From positions 106,754-130,753 of the forward strand of contig CALGAN010000002.1 of the NCBI GenBank assembly GCA_937951875.1: a stretch of DNA of 24,000 bases, given 5' to 3'. The DNA is from an uncultured Alkalilimnicola sp. (GTDB taxonomy: Bacteria; Pseudomonadota; Gammaproteobacteria; Nitrococcales; AK92). The position numbers and the translations under genes are program-made. Shown one piece after another: positions 19,276-24,000 of this stretch. Positions within the stretch are counted from its first letter, which is position 1; each line of letters begins with the position of its first letter. Below the pieces are notes generated by a model. That model searched no databases and was not told the origin of the DNA. It saw only the letters and a program-made list of their open reading frames with translations.

Positions 19276-21366
19276 ATGGCGGCTCCGCTGTCGCTGGCCG
19301 AGCGGCCGGTGTCGAGCCTGCGCGGCGTCGGCCCGCGCTTGGCCGAGAAGCTGCGCCGGCTGGAACTGCAGACGGTGCAGGATCTGCTGTTCCACCTGCC
19401 GCTGCGCTACGAGGACCGCGGCACGGTGCGGGCCATCGGTAGCCTGCGGCCGGGCGACCACGCCCTGATCGAGGCGACCGTCGACCTGGCCGAGGTGGTA
19501 CGCGGCAAGCGCACCCGCCTGGTGGTGCGGGTCAGCGACGGCACCGGGGCGCTGACGCTCACCTTCTTCCATTTCTACGCCAGCCAGCTCAATCAGTTCC
19601 GGCCCGGGGCGCGGCTGCGCGCCTTCGGCGAGGTGCGGCCGGGGCCGCTCACTCTGAGCATGACCCACCCCGAGTACCGCTTCGCCGGTGACGACGCCGC
19701 GCCCGAGGAGTCCGGGCTGGTGCCGGTCTATCCGGCAACCGAGGGGCTCAACCAGACCCAACTGCGCCGGCTGGTGCGGGACGCGCTGGCGCTGGCCGCG
19801 GCGCCTGGCGCGTTGAAAGAGCTGCTGCCCGAGGAGCTGCGGGCGCGGCTCGGCCTGCCGTCGCTGTTGGAGGCGCTGACGGCGATCCACTGTCCGCCGT
19901 CCGATGAGCTGTCGGCGCTGCCGCTCGACGCCCGCCATCCGGCGCTGCGACGGCTGGCGTTCGAGGAGCTGCTGGCTCACCACCTGAGCATGCGTCGCTT
20001 GCGCCAATCCCTGCGCGAGCGCGCCCGCGCGCCGGTGATCGCGCCGACCGGCGAGCTGGTGGAGCGTTTCCTGGCCGGCTTGCCGTTCCAGCTCACCGGC
20101 GCGCAGCGGCGGGTCGACGCCGAAGTGGCGCGCGATATGGCCTCGGAGCAGGCGATGCTGCGCTTGGTGCAGGGCGACGTCGGCTCCGGCAAGACCGTGG
20201 TGGCGGCGCTGGCAGCGCTGCGGGCGGTGGAGGCCGGCTGGCAGGCGGCGGTGATGGCGCCGACCGAGCTGCTGGCCGACCAGCACTACCGCAACTTCTC
20301 GCGCTGGCTCGCCCCGCTCGGCGTCGAGGTGGCCTGGCTGTCCGGGCGGATCACCGGCAAGCGCCGCGAGGAGATGCTGGCGGCGATCGCCGAAGGCCAA
20401 GCGCAGGTGGCGGTGGGCACCCACGCACTATTCCAGGAGAGCGTGACGTTCCGCCGCCTCGGGCTGGTGGTGGTGGACGAGCAGCACCGCTTCGGGGTGC
20501 ACCAGCGCCTGGCGCTGCGCCAGAAGGGCGAGCGCGACGGCATTCAGCCCCACCTGCTGATCATGACCGCCACGCCCATTCCGCGCACCCTGGCGATGAC
20601 CGCCTACGCCGATCTCGACGTCTCCGCCATCGACGAGCTGCCGCCGGGCCGCACGCCGGTGAGCACGGTGGCGGTGTCGGCGGCGCGCCGCGACGAGGTG
20701 CTGGAGCGGGTGAGGGTGGCTTGCCGCGAAGGCCGGCAGGCCTATTGGGTGTGCACGCTGATCGAGGAGTCCGAGCTGCTGCAGGCTGAAGCGGCCGAGG
20801 CCACCGCGCAGCGCCTCACCGAAGCCCTGCCCGAGCTGCGGGTCGGGCTGGTGCATGGCCGCATGAAGTCGGCCGACAAGGAGGCGGTGATGGCAGCCTT
20901 CGCCCGCGGCGAGCTCGACCTGCTGGTGGCGACCACGGTGATCGAAGTGGGCGTCGACGTGCCGAACGCCAGCCTGATGATCATCGAGAACGCGGAGCGG
21001 CTCGGCCTGTCGCAGCTGCACCAGCTGCGTGGCCGGGTGGGGCGCGGGGCGGTGCGCAGCAGCTGCGTGCTGATGTACCAGCCGCCGCTGTCGGAGCTGG
21101 CCCGCCAGCGCTTGAGCATCCTGCGCGAGACCAACGACGGTTTCGAAGTGGCGCGGCGCGATCTGGAGCTGCGCGGCCCCGGCGAGTTCCTCGGCACCCG
21201 CCAGACCGGCGAGCTGCGCTACCGGGTGGCGGATCTGACCCGGGACGCCAACCTGTTGCCGCAGGTGCAGCGGGTGGCCGAATGGCTGCTGCGGGAGCGG
21301 CCCGCCATCGTGGAGGCGCTGGTCAACCGCTGGGTGGGGCGGGGCGAGCGCTACGCTCAGGTATGA
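19276..21366 (+). CDS. recG: ATP-dependent DNA helicase RecG
   Basis: 696 aa with an N-terminal wedge/OB domain. Helicase motifs: GDVGSGKT (I), VVDEQHRFG (II), TATPIPRT and QLHQLRGRVGRG (VI). Starts 11 nt after ridA. Confidence 0.96.
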   Translation: MAAPLSLAERPVSSLRGVGPRLAEKLRRLELQTVQDLLFHLPLRYEDRGTVRAIGSLRPGDHALIEATVDLAEVVRGKRTRLVVRVSDGTGALTLTFFHFYASQLNQFRPGARLRAFGEVRPGPLTLSMTHPEYRFAGDDAAPEESGLVPVYPATEGLNQTQLRRLVRDALALAAAPGALKELLPEELRARLGLPSLLEALTAIHCPPSDELSALPLDARHPALRRLAFEELLAHHLSMRRLRQSLRERARAPVIAPTGELVERFLAGLPFQLTGAQRRVDAEVARDMASEQAMLRLVQGDVGSGKTVVAALAALRAVEAGWQAAVMAPTELLADQHYRNFSRWLAPLGVEVAWLSGRITGKRREEMLAAIAEGQAQVAVGTHALFQESVTFRRLGLVVVDEQHRFGVHQRLALRQKGERDGIQPHLLIMTATPIPRTLAMTAYADLDVSAIDELPPGRTPVSTVAVSAARRDEVLERVRVACREGRQAYWVCTLIEESELLQAEAAEATAQRLTEALPELRVGLVHGRMKSADKEAVMAAFARGELDLLVATTVIEVGVDVPNASLMIIENAERLGLSQLHQLRGRVGRGAVRSSCVLMYQPPLSELARQRLSILRETNDGFEVARRDLELRGPGEFLGTRQTGELRYRVADLTRDANLLPQVQRVAEWLLRERPAIVEALVNRWVGRGERYAQV

Positions 21367-21382
21367 TGGCGGCGCCGCCAAG

Positions 21383-21391
21383 TGCGATAAT
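21383..21391 (+). promoter_or_regulatory. Candidate extended -10 promoter element for ubiCA
   Basis: TGcGATAAT, the TGn extended -10 form, lies 27 nt upstream of the ubiC GTG and 17 nt downstream of the recG stop. Sequence-only prediction. Confidence 0.35.
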
Positions 21392-21417
21392 GTCGGCTTT
21401 GCCAAGGCATCGCGGAC

Positions 21418-21978
21418 GTGTCCCGTTTTCATAAGACTCCGTGGCGACCGCGCCACCATATGCTTCAGGCCGAGCTGCCGGCCAAGCTCAAACCGTGGTT
21501 GGATGTAGCCGGCTCCCTCACCGCGCGCTTGAAGGCGGCCTGCCAGGGTGGAAAATTCAATGTTCGGGTGCTGGCCGAGCGCTGGGAGCGCCCGACCCAC
21601 GAGGAAGCGGTGCGCCTGGGGCTGCCGCCCGCGCAGCTCGCTTGGATTCGTACCGTGCTGCTGTGCTGCGACCACTCGCCTTGGGTGTTCGCCCGCACCG
21701 TCATGCCCCATTCCAGCCTGCGCGGACGGCACCGCCGGTTGCGCTACCTGGGCACGCGGGCGCTGGGCAGCGTGGTGTTCGCCGGCCGCGATGTGCGCCG
21801 CGGGCCGCTGGAGTTGCGCCAGGTCGGCCCCGACGATCGGCTGCTGCGGCAGTGGGACGTGCCGACCGGCGGCAGGCGGCTGTGGGCGCGGCGTTCCGTG
21901 CTCGAGGTCGGGGGGCGGCCGCTGCTGGTGATGGAAGTGTTCCTGCCGGAGCTGGCCTACGGCGTCCCCTATACATAG
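21418..21978 (+). CDS. ubiC: Chorismate pyruvate-lyase
   Basis: Matches the E. coli UbiC layout: WL...GSLTARL, W.R.VLL. .. PWV.ARTV.P, LG...LG and WARRS....G.PLLV.E.FLP. It lies immediately upstream of ubiA. The start is uncertain (GTG at 21418 or ATG at 21460). Confidence 0.8.
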   Translation: MSRFHKTPWRPRHHMLQAELPAKLKPWLDVAGSLTARLKAACQGGKFNVRVLAERWERPTHEEAVRLGLPPAQLAWIRTVLLCCDHSPWVFARTVMPHSSLRGRHRRLRYLGTRALGSVVFAGRDVRRGPLELRQVGPDDRLLRQWDVPTGGRRLWARRSVLEVGGRPLLVMEVFLPELAYGVPYT

Positions 21979-22045
21979 AGGTTGCGAAGGCGGCTCGGCC
22001 GCCGCGGGTGCGCTGGGCCCGATTCGCTCGAGAGGAGTGATCACC

Positions 22046-22924
22046 ATGGATATCACGACCGCGCACTGGCGTGAGCGCTTCATGCCCTATGCCCGGCTGA
22101 TGCGGCTGGACCGCCCCATAGGCAATTTCCTGCTGATCTGGCCCATGCTCTGGGCCCTGTGGATCGCCGCCAAGGGCAAGCCGGATCTGCTGGTGCTGGT
22201 GGTGTTCCTGGTCGGCGCCCTGGTGATGCGGGCCGCCGGCTGCGTCATCAACGACTATGCCGACCGCAATTTCGACGGCCACGTCGAGCGTACCCGCGGC
22301 CGGCCGCTGGCGCGCGGGGAAGTGCCGCCGAAGCACGCGCTGCTGCTGTTTGTCGGCCTGTGCCTGGTGGCGTTCGCCCTGGTGCTGCTGATGAACCGGC
22401 TGACCATCATGCTGTCGTTCGCCGGTGTGGTGCTGGCGGCCATCTATCCGTTCATGAAGCGCTATACCCACCTGCCGCAGGTGGTGCTGGGTGCCGCCTT
22501 CGGCTGGGCGGTGCCGATGGTTTACGCGGCGCAGAGCGGCCAGCTGCCGCCGGTAGCGTGGCTGATCTTCACCGCGGCGGTGATCTGGGCGGTGATCTAC
22601 GACACCCAGTACGCGATGGTGGACCGCGACGACGACCTCAAGATCGGCGTCAAATCCACCGCCATCCTGTTCGGTGAGTACGACCGGGCGGCGCTCGCCG
22701 CACTGCAGGTGCTGATGGTGATCTGTCTGATCATGATCGGTGTCCGCGCCGAGCTGAGCGCGATCTACTACCTCTCCGTGGCCGTCGCCGCCGGCCTGTT
22801 CGGCTATCAGCAGTACCTGACCTGGGACCGCTCGCGTGAGCGCTGCTTCAAGGCTTTCCTCAACAACAACTACCTGGGCGCCATCGTGTTCGCCGGCGTG
22901 GTGCTGCACTACCTGCTGCGTTAG
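22046..22924 (+). CDS. ubiA: 4-hydroxybenzoate polyprenyltransferase
   Basis: ATG at 22046 with GAGGAG 8 nt upstream. Both Asp-rich motifs are present (NDYADRNFD and [13 protein letters not shown]). Multi-TM protein of 292 aa. Confidence 0.94.
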   Translation: MDITTAHWRERFMPYARLMRLDRPIGNFLLIWPMLWALWIAAKGKPDLLVLVVFLVGALVMRAAGCVINDYADRNFDGHVERTRGRPLARGEVPPKHALLLFVGLCLVAFALVLLMNRLTIMLSFAGVVLAAIYPFMKRYTHLPQVVLGAAFGWAVPMVYAAQSGQLPPVAWLIFTAAVIWAVIYDTQYAMVDRDDDLKIGVKSTAILFGEYDRAALAALQVLMVICLIMIGVRAELSAIYYLSVAVAAGLFGYQQYLTWDRSRERCFKAFLNNNYLGAIVFAGVVLHYLLR

Positions 22925-22938
22925 GGCCGCACGGCGCC

Positions 22939-22966
22939 AACGCGCCGCCCGCCAGGGCGGCGCGTT
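22939..22966. terminator. Stem-loop terminator between convergent ubiA and comF
   Basis: Perfect 12-bp stem AACGCGCCGCCC / GGGCGGCGCGTT with a GCCA loop, 15 nt after the ubiA stop. The T tail is weak (TTCC), so efficiency is uncertain. Confidence 0.55.
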
Positions 22967-23005
22967 CCTAGATTCGTCGTCGAGCCGTCCTTTCCGGCCG
23001 CGCGC

Positions 23006-23692
23006 TTAGGCGCGCGCCGCCACCCACACCTCCACCCGCCGCGCGCCGGCGCGCTTCAGCAGCCGGGCGATCTCCGCCACCGTCTGGCCGGTGGTCATCA
23101 CGTCGTCGACCACCGCCACATGGGCGGGCGGTGGATGGGCCAGCGCGAAGGCGCGACGGATGTTGGCGCGGCGCGCCTTCGCCGGCAGCTCGTGTTGCGG
23201 CGGGGTGTCGCGCATCCGCCGCACGAGTTCGCCGTCGACCGGAATGCCCAGCCGCCGGCCGAGCAGCCGCGCCAGCTCATGGGCCTGATTGAAGCCGCGC
23301 TCGCGCAGCCGGCGCGGGTGCAGCGGCACCGGCAGCAGCAGCTGCGGCCGCGGCCGCTCGGCGACGGCGTCAGCCATCAGCTCCGCCAGCAGGCGGCCGC
23401 TGGCCAGCCTGCCGCGGAACTTGAACTCGTGCACCAGAGTGTCGACCGGCGCGGCATAGCGCAGCGGCGCCAGCGCGGCGTCGAACGGCGGCGGCCGCCG
23501 CAGGCAGCGCCCGCATAGCGGTGCATCGGCCGACAGTGGCAGCGCGCAGCGCGGGCACGCCGGCCCTAGGATCGGTAGGTCGCGCGCGCAACCGTCGCAG
23601 AGGCAGCGGTCACGGTCGCCGGCCGCCCCACACAGGCGGCAGGGCTGGGGCAGGAATGCCGATAGAACAATTTTTAACCAGTTGTAAACCAC
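23006..23692 (-). CDS. comF: ComF-family protein (ComFC-like, phosphoribosyltransferase fold with N-terminal zinc fingers)
   Basis: 228 aa from the GTG at 23692 (MVYNWLKIVLSAFLPQPCRLCG). Four CxxC pairs (CRLC, CDGC, CPRC, CGRC) and the PRPP-binding loop VAVVDDVMTTGQT. The track ORF extension to 23920 would run through the bioB promoter and start codon. Confidence 0.85.
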   Translation of the reverse strand: MVYNWLKIVLSAFLPQPCRLCGAAGDRDRCLCDGCARDLPILGPACPRCALPLSADAPLCGRCLRRPPPFDAALAPLRYAAPVDTLVHEFKFRGRLASGRLLAELMADAVAERPRPQLLLPVPLHPRRLRERGFNQAHELARLLGRRLGIPVDGELVRRMRDTPPQHELPAKARRANIRRAFALAHPPPAHVAVVDDVMTTGQTVAEIARLLKRAGARRVEVWVAARA

Positions 23693-23714
23693 AAAACCAA
23701 TCCATGGTTGACAG
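23682..23714. promoter_or_regulatory. BirA (biotin repressor) operator, bioO-like
   Basis: TTGTAAACC-N15-GGTTGACAG compared with the proteobacterial BirA pattern TTGTAAACC-N14-16-GGTTTACAA gives 16/18 matches. It sits 52 nt upstream of the bioB ATG in the comF/bioB divergent region. Confidence 0.6.
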
Positions 23715-23736
23715 CCGCTTCGGCGCACTCCATGCT
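23708..23736 (+). promoter_or_regulatory. Candidate bioB promoter overlapping the operator
   Basis: Perfect -35 TTGACA (23708-23713) inside the right operator half-site, a 17-nt spacer, then a weak -10 CATGCT (23731-23736). AGGAGA SD at 23754-23759. Confidence 0.35.
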
Positions 23737-23765
23737 CGACTCCGCTGTACCCCCAGGAGAAGAAC

Positions 23766-24000
23766 ATGCAGTCTGACGCCATCCGCCACGACTGGACGCT
23801 GCCCGAAGTCGAGGCCCTGTTCGAGCTTCCCTTCAACGATTTGCTGTACCGGGCGCAGACGGTACACCGGCAGCATTTCGATCCCAATACCATACAGGCC
23901 AGCACCTTGCTGAGCATCAAGACCGGCGCCTGCCCGGAGGATTGCGCCTACTGCCCGCAGTCGGTCCGCCACGACACCGGCTTGAGCCGCGAGGCGCTGC
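23766..24000 (+). CDS. bioB: Biotin synthase, N-terminal 78 codons (runs off the window)
   Basis: Own translation from the ATG at 23766: [73 protein letters not shown]. This carries the radical-SAM CxxxCxxC motif in the canonical BioB context. It is absent from the ORF track because no stop codon falls in the window. Confidence 0.94.
   Translation, partial: MQSDAIRHDWTLPEVEALFELPFNDLLYRAQTVHRQHFDPNTIQASTLLSIKTGACPEDCAYCPQSVRHDTGLSREAL

Noticed and set aside
21367-21380. Perfect 14-bp palindrome TGGCGGCGCCGCCA immediately after the recG stop
   Set aside because: It is pure GC-rich, with no loop and no T-run. It could be a weak hairpin or a chance palindrome in GC-rich DNA. No supporting second copy or known motif was found.
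18961-22909. Chain of long minus-strand ORFs (487, 551 and 402 aa) antisense to ridA/recG/ubiC/ubiA
   Set aside because: All are Arg/Gln/Pro/His/Gly-rich with no motifs, and they lie opposite genes with canonical helicase and prenyltransferase motifs.

Overview
This is a GC-rich window of core chromosome, probably gammaproteobacterial. The gene order resembles the Pseudomonas-type core: pilMNOPQ divergent from ponA, and rph/yicC/gmk/rpoZ/spoT/ridA/recG. I call 25 protein-coding genes, almost all recognisable from catalytic motifs. On the minus strand: pilQ (first codons only), pilP, pilO, pilN, pilM, gltA, a type-B L31 gene, a DUF3135-like gene, a Ycf46-like AAA+ ATPase, hemW, rdgB, rph and comF. 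On the plus strand: PBP1A, an uncharacterised nucleotidyltransferase-like gene, rimO, a SirB-family membrane protein, yicC, gmk, rpoZ, spoT, ridA, recG, ubiC, ubiA and the 5' end of bioB. Non-coding features I can support are three stem-loop terminators (two with T-runs, one with a weak T tail), two sigma70-type promoter candidates (one upstream of rimO, one extended -10 upstream of ubiC) and a BirA-type biotin operator in the comF/bioB divergent region. I saw no tRNA, rRNA, CRISPR array, IS element or integrase, and no block of atypical composition. The many long extra ORFs in the track are antisense or off-frame shadows typical of high-GC DNA. I do not see a convincing novel multi-gene system. 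The most interesting items are the biotin operator that overlaps the comF start, the orphan Ycf46-type AAA+ ATPase, an NTase-like protein with a degenerate motif, a Lys/Ala-rich tail on PilN, and a few unexplained repeats in intergenic regions. All functional calls come from reading motifs by eye, with no database search.
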